Shown: piece after piece, positions 53,007 to 63,800 of the stretch
Position numbering within the stretch: position 1 is the first letter of the stretch
Layout of the letters: each line of letters opens with the position of its first letter
DNA from: a virus
IMG/VR virus record: IMGVR_UViG_3300013132_000031
Coordinates: 1-64,000 of that record
Direction: 5' to 3' (one strand)
DNA: 64,000 nt
Program-made: the position numbers and the translations under genes
The notes under the pieces: generated by a model
What the model saw: only the letters and a program-made list of their open reading frames with translations
The model's database searches: none
Told to the model about the DNA's origin: nothing

Positions 53007-56000
53007 CTTTCTTGGAATTGCAACTGCACTTCGCCAACTGGAGTGACGCTGGTTGTCAACGCTGTGATGGTCACTGCCAACACTTCGGGACCATTGGGAT
53101 AGGTACCTATGCCAGGAACAGCACTGGTTCCAATCTGCTTGACGTTGGTCAAGTCCAGCACCCCAGAATTGGTTGTTGAAATAGGTATGGCAAACAGTCG
53201 TTCGCCTCCTGAAATTTCTGCTGAAATATTTTGCACAATCAATGACATATCATTTGCAGGGGTAGAACCACCTATCACATTGCCAAGGATCTTCAGTGTA
53301 TCGCCCACCGCATAGCCTGTTCCTGGATTTTGAATCTGTATGGCTGTGGTGGTAATTCCATAGGAGGTGCCTGTTCGTGTCAACTGCACAGTAAGGTTGG
53401 CTCCTGTGCCTGCACTGGATACCACAACTGGAGTCAAGTTAGCAAAACTCTGATTTGAACTGAATGTAACCTTGGTGCCTGTGCGAGTAAAACCGCCTGT
53501 AGTACTCAATGGTGCAGATTGCACACCGCCAGTACTGACACCTGAGAAAACTGGCGCTGTGGAAAACTGTGTAAAGCTGGGCTGGAAACCACCGCCTGCA
53601 TTGTTTAGTCCTGCCCATACAGTGTTGGCTGAGTCAATGTTGTTGGGATTCAAGATACCAGCTACCAAGAATCTACCAGCAGTGATGTTGACAGTAATAT
53701 TTACTAGTGTCAACTGTGCTCGATTTATAAGATCTTTAATGCCTAGATTTCCAATCACGCCATTGCTGACACTGGGGCTGAGACGCATAGCAAACGCCAC
53801 TTGTTGTGCGCCCACTGTGGCAGGGAGGCCATAATTGGTGCGGTTGAACTGGAAGCTGTAGCCTTCGTCGCCGTCAAAGTTGCCGTCCATGATAATGGCT
53901 GAACCCCAGTGATTTACCAAGGGTGTACAGGTGTTGCTGATCAAAATCACACCGGTGTTGATGGCATGTGTGGCAGCCGCTGAGCTGGTGTAACTGCGAC
54001 TTTGTCCTTCTTGCCATTGAACAAACGTTGCAGCTCTAGTACATCCAGTCAAATTGTTGCCTGCTTTGCCAGAATATTTTATAACTTCACTGTCAATCAT
54101 CACAAACACTGGATAAGTCACTGACGCTGAGGGATAATCTGTAGCGTCTACTAGAGTAATTGTGGTCTGGCTGGCGTCAATAGCACTGGCAAGACTGCTG
54201 TTGGGTGTTTCATTGATGGCTTCATAACGTGCTGGCAAGTTACCTGAACGCATGAATGCTTCGTTGTTAAAGTTGTTGTTGGGACGACGATGTGCATGAA
54301 TAAATCTACCATCTTGACCACGTACCATCCACGTTATATAACCCGCACCGTACCATGAATATTCAATACCCAACATCTGCATTTTGGTGGCGTTGATGGT
54401 GTATCCTGATTGACCTGTTCCGTCTATCTTGTCTATGTTGAAACTGGATTGTCTCACACGTAATTCAGTACGCAAACACATTTTTACACGACTTTGATTG
54501 CTGACTCCGCGAAACGGAGGAATCACTGTCATTCTGTTGTTGTTCAGAATGCTGGTAACATAGTGTGACATACCTTTGATAATGACCAAATCACCAGTGT
54601 TGATTTGATCTTCAAATCTACAAGTTCCATCTCCTGTGACAAGATTAGATCCTACCCCTACACTGACCAGGCCAGACAACTGATTGGTTGAAGTACGCAG
54701 AACTGCGTTCAAACTTTGCCCGTCATGTTCCCAAAACATGCCGTTTTGGTCGTCAAACATGCCGGCACGAATACTGGCACCATGCCAACTTGATACGTTG
54801 ATTCTTGGTTGTTGACCCAGTGTGGGAGTAGCACTGCCCAAGATAGCAATTGCATTTACTGTGAAAGAGGTGTCGCTGACAATGGCAGTGACAGTGTAGC
54901 CAGATTGGTCGTAGCCCGATGTGGTAATTCCACTGAGTACAATCACTGCTCCAGCATTGAGACCGTGTTCAAGATCAGTTGTGATGGTTATGGCAGATCC
55001 TGCTGCGGTTCCTGCTGCGGTCACTGCTGTCACATCCAGGGTTGGCTGTAGCATGGTACCTGAGGTAAACAACAGGCCTTTACCTGATTGGTAACGGAAA
55101 TATTTTTTTGTTTGTCGCACAGCACTGGCACCACGAGTGGGATTACCAGGACCAATGATCACACCACCGTCAAACGGTCTGGGCAAAAAGCTGGCATTGC
55201 TGCGTATGTTGATTTGTCCCACTGCTGGGCTAACAACTATTGCACCGGCTTTGGCGGTGTATTGGAATGTGGTAGTACTGGGAATAGCAGTGACAATAAA
55301 CGAACCTTCAGCATAAGACTGGTTGGTTCCTGCACTGAGAACACAAAGAATAGGAGTGCCTGGAACCAGGCCGTGGGCAAACGTTGTGGTCACTGTGATA
55401 ATACTGGGGTTGCCGCCATCGCTGGCCATGGAAATCACATCAAGGTCAGCACCGGTGTAAGGGAAGGCCTGACGCACAGTGCTGTCAGTTTGATTGAGTG
55501 GGTATCCCACCGCCACACCAGGGTTGCGTCTTGGGTAAAAGCTAAAATTGTTGGTTTCTGCAAAGTTGACCAAGCTCGTACCCTCAGCATTGCTGAGCAC
55601 AGTGTTCAAAACACTGACATAATTGTCTGTGACCAAGGCACTGTCTGTATAGTTTACTGCCACTTCAGGAATGTTAGAGTTGCCAGTGGCATTGAAAATA
55701 CCAGTCATGCGAATGAACGGTGATCCGACCCCGGCACCAGTGAGTATGGTGCTGTTGAATTGTCCACGGGTGATAACCTGACTGCCGTTGACTGCGGTGC
55801 TAACTGTGGTGTGTTTGACCAGTTCAACATTGCCGCTGAGTCTTTGAAACACGGAACCTGTGGCGTATGAATTGGCCGCTGAAATATTGTACCAGCCACG
55901 ATTGAGTTGCAGAGTAGTGGCATCAGTGACTTCTTGAACCTGTGCAATTTCTAAGGTATTGACTGCATAGATGTTGGCACCAATTATGATGTTGGCTGCC

Positions 56001-56959
56001 CCAGAATTGGTACCATTGCTTTGACGCACCACTGTGAGTGCATTGGCGGCCACACTGGTCACAGCCATGACTTCATACACGTTGTTGGTGATGGTTTCAG
56101 CAATTACATAAATGCCAGCTCCAGCCACTATTGTTGCAGCGTTGGCCACGTTCACAGTGGTGGTAGCATTGCTGGTAATGTTGGCCACTGCAATGGTAGT
56201 ACCGCCTGAGGTGGGACGACCAATCAATAAAATATTGTCCAGTGCTGTAACGCCAGTGGTTGATGCCACAGTGAATGTGCGTTCAGCTGAACTGGCCACT
56301 GCAGAAGTAAGGTGACTGGTCACAAAAGGCGCAACGTTGCCTTGTGTTTGACTGATCATCAATGCAAAGTCATTGGCTAGCCAAGGTGCTGTGCCTTGGT
56401 TGCTCAAGCGCACCGCAGTGTCCACGTTACTGGCAATAAAATCAGTACTGGCCAACAATGTTGCGTATCCGTTGGTGTTGTACACCAAATCTGCACCAAT
56501 GTCTTCGAAAAAACCTGGAACATAATTTATCAAGCTGACGTTTTGCCATTTGGTATTTTGCAAGCCGTATTCAAAGTCAGCGTCAATCAAACTTTCTGGT
56601 TGACCCACACGAGCTCGACCAATTGCATCTTCACCGAATGACCAAGGCTGTGAGGTCAGGCCGTTGTAGTCTTCTACATATATGGCCAGGTCGTCTGAGC
56701 TGCTCAGTGACGAAGTATCAGCGTACAACGACAGTGTGGTCACTCCAGCATAGGCTGCAGGGAAAGTTGCAGTGGTTCCTGCTGCCCATGTGACAGAACC
56801 GCCCAATGTGGGCTCGGCAAAATTGTAGATATTTTGATCAGCAGTTGTATCATACACAGCAAGAAAATCTGCCAGGTTGTAACGATTTGGCACTTGGATA
56901 GTGCCCAGTCCGCTGGTACCTGGTGTGAACGAATATTCGTATAATCTTTTTCTAGCCAT
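52997..56959 (-). CDS. Large virion structural protein (baseplate/fibre-associated)
   Basis: 1320 aa, T/G/A/S-rich beta repeats, two HGL..G modules, LIDADFEYGLQ and RQTKKYFRYQSGKG. Confidence 0.7.
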   Translation of the reverse strand: MARKRLYEYSFTPGTSGLGTIQVPNRYNLADFLAVYDTTADQNIYNFAEPTLGGSVTWAAGTTATFPAAYAGVTTLSLYADTSSLSSSDDLAIYVEDYNGLTSQPWSFGEDAIGRARVGQPESLIDADFEYGLQNTKWQNVSLINYVPGFFEDIGADLVYNTNGYATLLASTDFIASNVDTAVRLSNQGTAPWLANDFALMISQTQGNVAPFVTSHLTSAVASSAERTFTVASTTGVTALDNILLIGRPTSGGTTIAVANITSNATTTVNVANAATIVAGAGIYVIAETITNNVYEVMAVTSVAANALTVVRQSNGTNSGAANIIIGANIYAVNTLEIAQVQEVTDATTLQLNRGWYNISAANSYATGSVFQRLSGNVELVKHTTVSTAVNGSQVITRGQFNSTILTGAGVGSPFIRMTGIFNATGNSNIPEVAVNYTDSALVTDNYVSVLNTVLSNAEGTSLVNFAETNNFSFYPRRNPGVAVGYPLNQTDSTVRQAFPYTGADLDVISMASDGGNPSIITVTTTFAHGLVPGTPILCVLSAGTNQSYAEGSFIVTAIPSTTTFQYTAKAGAIVVSPAVGQINIRSNASFLPRPFDGGVIIGPGNPTRGASAVRQTKKYFRYQSGKGLLFTSGTMLQPTLDVTAVTAAGTAAGSAITITTDLEHGLNAGAVIVLSGITTSGYDQSGYTVTAIVSDTSFTVNAIAILGSATPTLGQQPRINVSSWHGASIRAGMFDDQNGMFWEHDGQSLNAVLRTSTNQLSGLVSVGVGSNLVTGDGTCRFEDQINTGDLVIIKGMSHYVTSILNNNRMTVIPPFRGVSNQSRVKMCLRTELRVRQSSFNIDKIDGTGQSGYTINATKMQMLGIEYSWYGAGYITWMVRGQDGRFIHAHRRPNNNFNNEAFMRSGNLPARYEAINETPNSSLASAIDASQTTITLVDATDYPSASVTYPVFVMIDSEVIKYSGKAGNNLTGCTRAATFVQWQEGQSRSYTSSAAATHAINTGVILISNTCTPLVNHWGSAIIMDGNFDGDEGYSFQFNRTNYGLPATVGAQQVAFAMRLSPSVSNGVIGNLGIKDLINRAQLTLVNITVNITAGRFLVAGILNPNNIDSANTVWAGLNNAGGGFQPSFTQFSTAPVFSGVSTGGVQSAPLSTTGGFTRTGTKVTFSSNQSFANLTPVVVSSAGTGANLTVQLTRTGTSYGITTTAIQIQNPGTGYAVGDTLKILGNVIGGSTPANDMSLIVQNISAEISGGERLFAIPISTTNSGVLDLTNVKQIGTSAVPGIGTYPNGPEVLAVTITALTTSVTPVGEVQLQFQESQA

Positions 56960-56961
56960 TG

Positions 56962-57354
56962 TTAAACTCCAAAAATAATCTGATTAGCAGTCAATCTTGC
57001 CTGAGTAATACTGCTAAACTTGTTGTAACTGATGGTGCCCACAGCAATCTTGCTGTCTGTAACTGTGCCATCACTGGGTGTGCCTGTATATAGTGTGTCT
57101 CCAAATATCAACGCAAAGAAAGGAGTCAATGCCGCAGGTGCCACTGCAAAACTCAGGTCAGCTGCTGATATTGAAAAATTGATACCAGGATTTTGTGGCA
57201 CGCCGTTCAGTACCACCAGCATGGCAAACGCAGTTGAGGGTGTGACACTGACCCCATCAATGGTCATGGCAAACGTGGTCTGCACACCATTGAACACAAG
57301 ATTGTCCAACTTTCGATACTGGCCAATTGGTGGCTGATTTCCCAAATAACTCAT
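56962..57354 (-). CDS. Tail-associated structural protein
   Basis: MSYLGNQP, FNGVQTTF and VVLNGVPQ. Confidence 0.65.
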   Translation of the reverse strand: MSYLGNQPPIGQYRKLDNLVFNGVQTTFAMTIDGVSVTPSTAFAMLVVLNGVPQNPGINFSISAADLSFAVAPAALTPFFALIFGDTLYTGTPSDGTVTDSKIAVGTISYNKFSSITQARLTANQIIFGV

Positions 57355-60300
57355 TATAGTCTTCCCACAACAATTTCAATCATGCCTGAACCGCCTGGAT
57401 GATCTTGTGCGGCTTTACCAATCACACTTCCCATTCGGGGTTCAGCACAGGCCTGCGCCACACCGCCGCCGGCAGTGACCATCATGTCACCTTTGCGTAC
57501 GACTCCTATCACTGAAGTTGGCACACGACCAGTCAGTGCAAGAGCCGCGGTGTGAGCACTTTGCAAAGTGCTGTTCATCAAGTGAGCAGGGTTGGTACTG
57601 ACCACTCCAGCCACTCGCACACTGTTGATACCAATGCTCAATGTGACTTCATTGGCACCGCCAAAATCCAATACTGTTCCTGGTGCATATTCTGCGTCCG
57701 CAGCATACAGCTCGGCCAAGTCAGCGTACTCTGCTGTGGTTGCTTTGGCAAACACTGTGTTAAAACCAGTTGTGCTGGTTCCAATATTGCCCACACCGTT
57801 GGTGCCGCCATTTACAATGGCCGTGACTGCATTACCGCTGTTCACTGTGATTGCGCCGCTGACTGCCAGTGCGGTGAGTGTGCCCAGTGATGTGACATTG
57901 GTCTGTGCGGCTGTGGCCAAAGTGCCGGTTAAGTTGGTAGCTGTGACATTGCCACCTGTGATCAAGCCTGTAACTGAAACTGTGGTGCCTGTGTGTGTGG
58001 TGGCATTGACATTGGCACCACCTAATACATTGCCACCAATAATATTGCCTACTGCACTGATCAAATCAGCAGAATTAATATTGCCGCCAGTGACATTGCC
58101 AGTCACATTCAAGCTACTGATCACATTGCTGGTCAAGCTCAATCCAGCTGCATTGAGGTTTCCTGCAACAACATTGCCTGTGGCACTGAGTGTGGCAGCT
58201 TGTAATAAATTGGCAGTGACCAAATTGCCAGCAATCACATTGCCAGCAGATGTTATGTTGCCAGTGGCTGTGATCAGCCCGGCTGTTTGAATATTGCCGC
58301 CAGTGACATTGCCAGTGGCACTGATCAAGCCGCCTGTCCGCACGTTGCCACCAGTGATGTTGCCTGCGGCACTGTAACTACCTGCGGTACTTGCACCTGT
58401 GGTGCTGCTGGTTCCTGTAGAGATCAAATTACTACCTGTGACATTGCCTACGGAATATACCTCCGAGTATGCATAGAGGGTGCTGCCAATTACAAATCCT
58501 GTAGCTGATACTTGTCCAAGAGTGCGAAAATTGCCACCAGTGATGTTGCCACCTACACTCAGTGCTGATCCACCAGTGTTGGCAACAACCACTTTGGTGG
58601 CGGTGTTGAATGTTGCTGTGCCTGCTGCTGTGGTTGCTGTCACAGGACCAATGCCAATCAATGTAGTTGAGCCAGCAGCACCGCCAACACCAATGTGAAC
58701 GCTCTTTGTGCTGCCCGAACTGGCCACACCGTTACCAATGCCCACAGTCTGACTGCCTGTGCTTTGCCCAATTAAAATTGTTCCAGTCTGTGCTGTGCCA
58801 CCTACTGTGGTTGTGCCTGTGGTCTGACTGGTTCCAATGTCGATATTTTGTGTGGTACCTGAGAATGTGACTGTGCCAGTTGCACTGAGATTGGCCGCAT
58901 TTGTGGTACCTGCAATGGTGGCACCCAGCGGGCTGAACACTGCTATATTGGCCACTCCGTTCACTGTCACGGCCACATTGCCAGCTGAACTGACCACTCG
59001 CACATTGCTGTTGCCAAACTGTATGCTGGTAGCATCAATGCCTGTGAGTGCAGCACCGTTGCCTATGAAATAAGGTGCAAGTATGTTGCCTGTGGCTGAC
59101 ATGATGCCAGAACTCAACACATTACCAGCTATGACATTACCAGTGACACTGGCATCAAGGGGCACATTCAAATTGGCAGACAGATTGAAATTGGCACCAA
59201 ATATATCGCCGGCTGCTGACACAAAACCGTTGGTTTTTATGTTGAGACCAGTGACATTTCCGCCTGTGCTCACAGCCGAGGTACCTATGATGTTGCCACC
59301 GGTGATGTTGCCTGCGGCACTGATCAATCCGGTGATCAGTGCATTGCCTGCTGAAACATTGCCTGAGACCGTGGTTATGTTGCCAGCGGCACTGATAATA
59401 TTGCCTGCGTTTACATTGCCTGCCACAATGTTGCCAGTGATGCTGGCAGTGGTTGATCCAGATATGGCCCCAGTCACTGCCAGGCCGCTGCTGGACACAG
59501 TCACAATGTTCACGTTGTTAACATTGCTGAGAATGTTGCCGTTTATGGTTGGTATATTCACAGCAGAATTGCTGTTGAATATGGTGGTGGTCAACTGTGC
59601 AATTCCGGAGAGTTGACTACCATTACCGGTAAAAAATGCAGCCTCCACATTGCCAGTGGCGCTGACATTGGCCAACACTAGATCTGTCAGTTGAAAACTG
59701 GGATCAGTGGTATCAACCACTGTGGTGGGTTCTGTCAGTAGATTGGTAAACAACTTGTATTTGGCATCAGTTACATCTCTAAACAAGCCGTTGTATCTGG
59801 TATTGGCACCATCATAGTACTGTGCCACTAGACCTGTGTCAAATGTGTCTCCAGGATTGTTTGCAGCCAAAAAGATAAATGGATCTGCCACTGCAAGACT
59901 GTCTACACCAGTGGTGGTAAAGTTGCCATTGACCACAAAGTCGCCCACGCAAGTTAAGCCTCCACCCACATTGATATTGCCTACTACGCCTACGCCACCG
60001 GCTACCAACAATGCACCACTGGTAATGCTGGTGCTGTTGCTGGTACTGCCTACTACAACTTGTCCGCCAGCGTATAAGTTACCAGTTATGCCAGCACCGC
60101 CAGTGACTCGCAAGGCTCCTGTAGTGCTGCTGCTGGCGTTGATGTTGGCGCTGAATGTGGCACGATTGGCTCCTGCTGTGGTCACTATCACTGTTTGTGC
60201 ATCAGACCAATACAGTCCCGAATTGTTGGCAGCTACTGAGTACACACTGGGCGCACCCACTGTGCCTGCGCCAAACGCATTGGCTGCTTGTAGATCCAAG

Positions 60301-60560
60301 CTGTTGAGCGCACCAGCACGATATGTTACCGCAATGTTGTCGCTGCCAGAAGCAGGTGGAGTGGTGAATATCAGTACAACATTGCCTGCTATGTAATCAG
60401 TGAATGGTACTTTTAATACATTGCCCACAATTACATCAAGGTCACTGGCTGACGCTACACTTCTATTGAGGTTGAACTGTGTGGCCACTGAATTGCCACT
60501 GAAAAACTGTGTGCTAGTATTCAGCAGTGTTTGCTGAGGATTAAGACCAATATAACTCAT
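57354..60560 (-). CDS. Tail fibre with GN(I/V)TGGN repeats and a C-terminal chaperone-like domain
   Basis: Repeats of about 16-17 aa; C-terminal YADLAE.Y...GVVSTNP...GRVP...KGD...VIGKA. Confidence 0.75.
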   Translation of the reverse strand: MSYIGLNPQQTLLNTSTQFFSGNSVATQFNLNRSVASASDLDVIVGNVLKVPFTDYIAGNVVLIFTTPPASGSDNIAVTYRAGALNSLDLQAANAFGAGTVGAPSVYSVAANNSGLYWSDAQTVIVTTAGANRATFSANINASSSTTGALRVTGGAGITGNLYAGGQVVVGSTSNSTSITSGALLVAGGVGVVGNINVGGGLTCVGDFVVNGNFTTTGVDSLAVADPFIFLAANNPGDTFDTGLVAQYYDGANTRYNGLFRDVTDAKYKLFTNLLTEPTTVVDTTDPSFQLTDLVLANVSATGNVEAAFFTGNGSQLSGIAQLTTTIFNSNSAVNIPTINGNILSNVNNVNIVTVSSSGLAVTGAISGSTTASITGNIVAGNVNAGNIISAAGNITTVSGNVSAGNALITGLISAAGNITGGNIIGTSAVSTGGNVTGLNIKTNGFVSAAGDIFGANFNLSANLNVPLDASVTGNVIAGNVLSSGIMSATGNILAPYFIGNGAALTGIDATSIQFGNSNVRVVSSAGNVAVTVNGVANIAVFSPLGATIAGTTNAANLSATGTVTFSGTTQNIDIGTSQTTGTTTVGGTAQTGTILIGQSTGSQTVGIGNGVASSGSTKSVHIGVGGAAGSTTLIGIGPVTATTAAGTATFNTATKVVVANTGGSALSVGGNITGGNFRTLGQVSATGFVIGSTLYAYSEVYSVGNVTGSNLISTGTSSTTGASTAGSYSAAGNITGGNVRTGGLISATGNVTGGNIQTAGLITATGNITSAGNVIAGNLVTANLLQAATLSATGNVVAGNLNAAGLSLTSNVISSLNVTGNVTGGNINSADLISAVGNIIGGNVLGGANVNATTHTGTTVSVTGLITGGNVTATNLTGTLATAAQTNVTSLGTLTALAVSGAITVNSGNAVTAIVNGGTNGVGNIGTSTTGFNTVFAKATTAEYADLAELYAADAEYAPGTVLDFGGANEVTLSIGINSVRVAGVVSTNPAHLMNSTLQSAHTAALALTGRVPTSVIGVVRKGDMMVTAGGGVAQACAEPRMGSVIGKAAQDHPGGSGMIEIVVGRL

Positions 60561-60892
60561 TAGGTAATTTCCAATATGCTCATCACGGTATCAATGCTGG
60601 TACCTGCGCTGCTTTGAACGTACATTGTGTCGCCAGTTATCAGTACCAATTTCTGATCCCCACCGCCCACTACCAAACTGGAACCAGCCGGCACTGGACC
60701 TCTAGCAATTATGTAAGTGTTGGCCACCCCGTTGTTGATAAACACATTGGCTGTGATAGCACTGCTGGTGGTGTTGGTCACGCTGAGACCAACCACTATG
60801 GTTTTGGTGCTGGCTGGCACCGTGTATGCGCCCACTGGATCAGCCGTAGTACCAGTGTTTTGTTGTAGTTTTCTCGTGAAGGTATTTGCCAT
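60560..60892 (-). CDS. Small virion structural protein
   Basis: MANTF..YTVP...K.VL..GD...SILEIT; lies between fibre genes. Confidence 0.65.
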   Translation of the reverse strand: MANTFTRKLQQNTGTTADPVGAYTVPASTKTIVVGLSVTNTTSSAITANVFINNGVANTYIIARGPVPAGSSLVVGGGDQKLVLITGDTMYVQSSAGTSIDTVMSILEIT

Positions 60893-60895
60893 TTT

Positions 60896-63800
60896 TTATC
60901 CTAATGCTATTGATAATGCTATTGCATCATCCACAGTGGCTGCCACTGCTCCTGCAATATTTATGGAGGTTGTGGCTGCGATGTTGTTGGCTGTGATGTT
61001 GCCTGTGGTAGTGATGTTGGTGGTCATGTTCAGCGCACTAAGCACATTTCCACTCAAACTCAATCCTGCAGCCCGTAAATTGCCACCAGTGATATTGCCA
61101 GTGGCCGAAATTGCCCCATTGGATATGACGTTTCCGCCAGTAATATTGCCAGTTACACTGATTGCAACACCCTGCAATTGACTTGTGGCATTGATCACAC
61201 TGCCAACTATGTTGCCAGTGGCTGTGATAGAACCTGCTGTGTTGATATTGCCACCAGTGATGTTGCCGGTGGCTGTGATTAATCCTGCTGTGCTAACATT
61301 GCCACCTATAACATTGCCTGTGGCACTGATTGTTAATCCTTCAACCAGTGCGCTTGTTATGATGTTGCCGCCTGTTACATTTCCTGTGGCTGTGACCAGC
61401 CCCGCAGTTTGAATGTTACCGCCGGTGATGTTGCCTGTGGCACTGACTGTGCCAGACTGCATCAAGGCAGCAGTGACTAGATTTCCACCTGTGACATTGC
61501 CAGTTGCTGTAATCAGTCCAGCTGTGACAATATTGCCGCCTACAATGTTTCCTGTGGCAACGACTTCACTTGCAGCATTTAAATTTCCACCGGTGATGTT
61601 GCCCACAGCAGTGATCAAACCTCCAGTTACCAAATTGGCACCAACTATGTTGCCTGCTGACGACAGCAGTGTGGTAGCCAATATATTGCCGCCATCAATA
61701 TTGCCAATCACTGTGCTGATATTGCCTGTTACTGTGGTTTTACCAGCCACAGTCAAATCTCCACCGCTGGTTGTGGTTATTGCACCAGCTATGGTCAATG
61801 CATTGGCTGCGTAGTCAAATACCAATCCAGCGCCGCTGCCAATGGATCCCAACTGGTTATACAACACTTGACTGTTGGCGCCAGTGAGAGTCAAACTGCC
61901 AGTTACGTTACCAATAAATGTATGAGCCTGAATATTACCTGATGAAAAGATATTTCCAGTAGCACTGATTATACCATTGGTCAGTACATTGCCTGTCACA
62001 CTAACTTGACCTGCAGTGACTATGTTACCACCAGTTACATTGCCTGTGGCGCTGACTTGTCCTGCTGTTAAAAAATTTGCACCAGTGACATTGGCTGCGG
62101 CAGTGATTTGCCCCAATGTACTGATGTTTCCGCCAATCACATTGCCTGTGGCATTTACAATTGCTGCAGATACATTGGCCACGGCCGACACATTGCCACC
62201 AGTGATGTTGCCAGTAGCAGTGATTGTGGCAGTGCTTACTGAATCAGAACTCACAGCAAGAACAGCTACTAAGTTCCCGCCAGTGATGTTGCCTGTGGCA
62301 CTGACTTGGCCTGCTGTACGCACATTGCCTGATTGAGTGTTGCCAGTTATGCTAATGCTGGACAGCACTCCCACATTCACAGCCGTGACATTGGTAACCA
62401 ATGTGCCATTGCCGATCAAATTGTTGCCAGTGATATCAGCTGACGTGGTAATGTTGTTGGTTGAATTCAACACACTCAATACATTGCCAGTGAGACTGAG
62501 ATTGGCTGCATTCACTGCGTTGGCTGCCACGTTGCCTGTGGCACTCACAATGCCTGCAGTGATTATGTTGCCGCCAATCACGTTGCCCACTGCTGTGACT
62601 CGATCAGTTGCAACTAAATTTGCGCTGGTGATATTGCCAGTGGCAGATATTGATGCCACTGCAATTGTACCTGTTGTGATCAAATTACCGCCAGTGATGT
62701 TGCCAGTGGCCACCATGGACGCTGCTGACACTGCTGATATTGCTATCACATTGCTGCCAGTGATGTTGCCTGTGGCTGTGACCAGGCCTGTGGTGATCAA
62801 ATTGCCACCAACAATGTTGCCAATCACAACTCCAAATGCTGCACTCAACGCAGCGCCAGTTATCAAATTCCCACCAGAGACATTGCCAGCGGCTGCTACA
62901 AATCCTCCAGTGGTGATATTGCCAGCCAGTAATGCTCCTGTAGCAGACATTGATGCAGCTGAAACTGCTCCTGATATCACTGCATTGCCGCCAGTGACAT
63001 TGCCACTCACTGACGCAGACTGTGCATAAATTCCTAGATTGGCATTGACGTTGGAACCACTAACATTGCCGGTCATTAAAGTAGAAGTGCCAGTGAAGAA
63101 CTGTGCGTTTATAGTGTCAGCTGCTATTACGTTGCTGCCGCTGATGTTGCCTGATACTGACACTGTAAACCCAGTGTGTGTGACAGCATTGACATTGGCT
63201 CCGCCTTGAATGTTACCACCAATGATGTTGCCCACTGCTGAGATCAAGCCTGCTGTGCGCAAATTTCCACTGTTGACGTTGCCTGTAGCACTGACTGCCG
63301 CAGCTGACACAAGAGATACAGCTATCACATTGCCGCCTGTGACATTGCCTGCAGCCGAAATCAATCCTGCTGTCAAAATATTGTCGCCAGTGATGTTGGC
63401 TCCAGTAATTGCGCCTGTAGCCGAGATAATACCACCAGTAAGCACATTGCCACCGGTAATAGTTCCTGTGGCTGTTATTAGTCCAGCAGTGCGAACATTG
63501 CCACCAGTGACGTTGCCTGTGGCGCTGACGGCTGCATAGCTGTTGACGTTGCCGCCTATGACATTGCCACTGGCACTCAAAGATACCGAAACCACCAACA
63601 CATTGGCTTGAATGTAATTGGTAACAAAATTGTTGGCACCAGTGATGTCATTGATCACAGCCAAGTTGTTGCTGACTATGTTGCCTGTGACATTCAACGG
63701 AGTCAACACATTGCCCGACAGGCTCAATCCTGTGGCTTGCAAATTTCCGCCAGTGATATTGCCTACGGCGCTTATTTGTCCCAGTGAATTGAGATTACCG

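Noticed and set aside
53109-63539. Many plus-strand ORFs such as MLPPVMLPVA
   Set aside because: They are antisense shadows of the repetitive minus-strand fibre genes.
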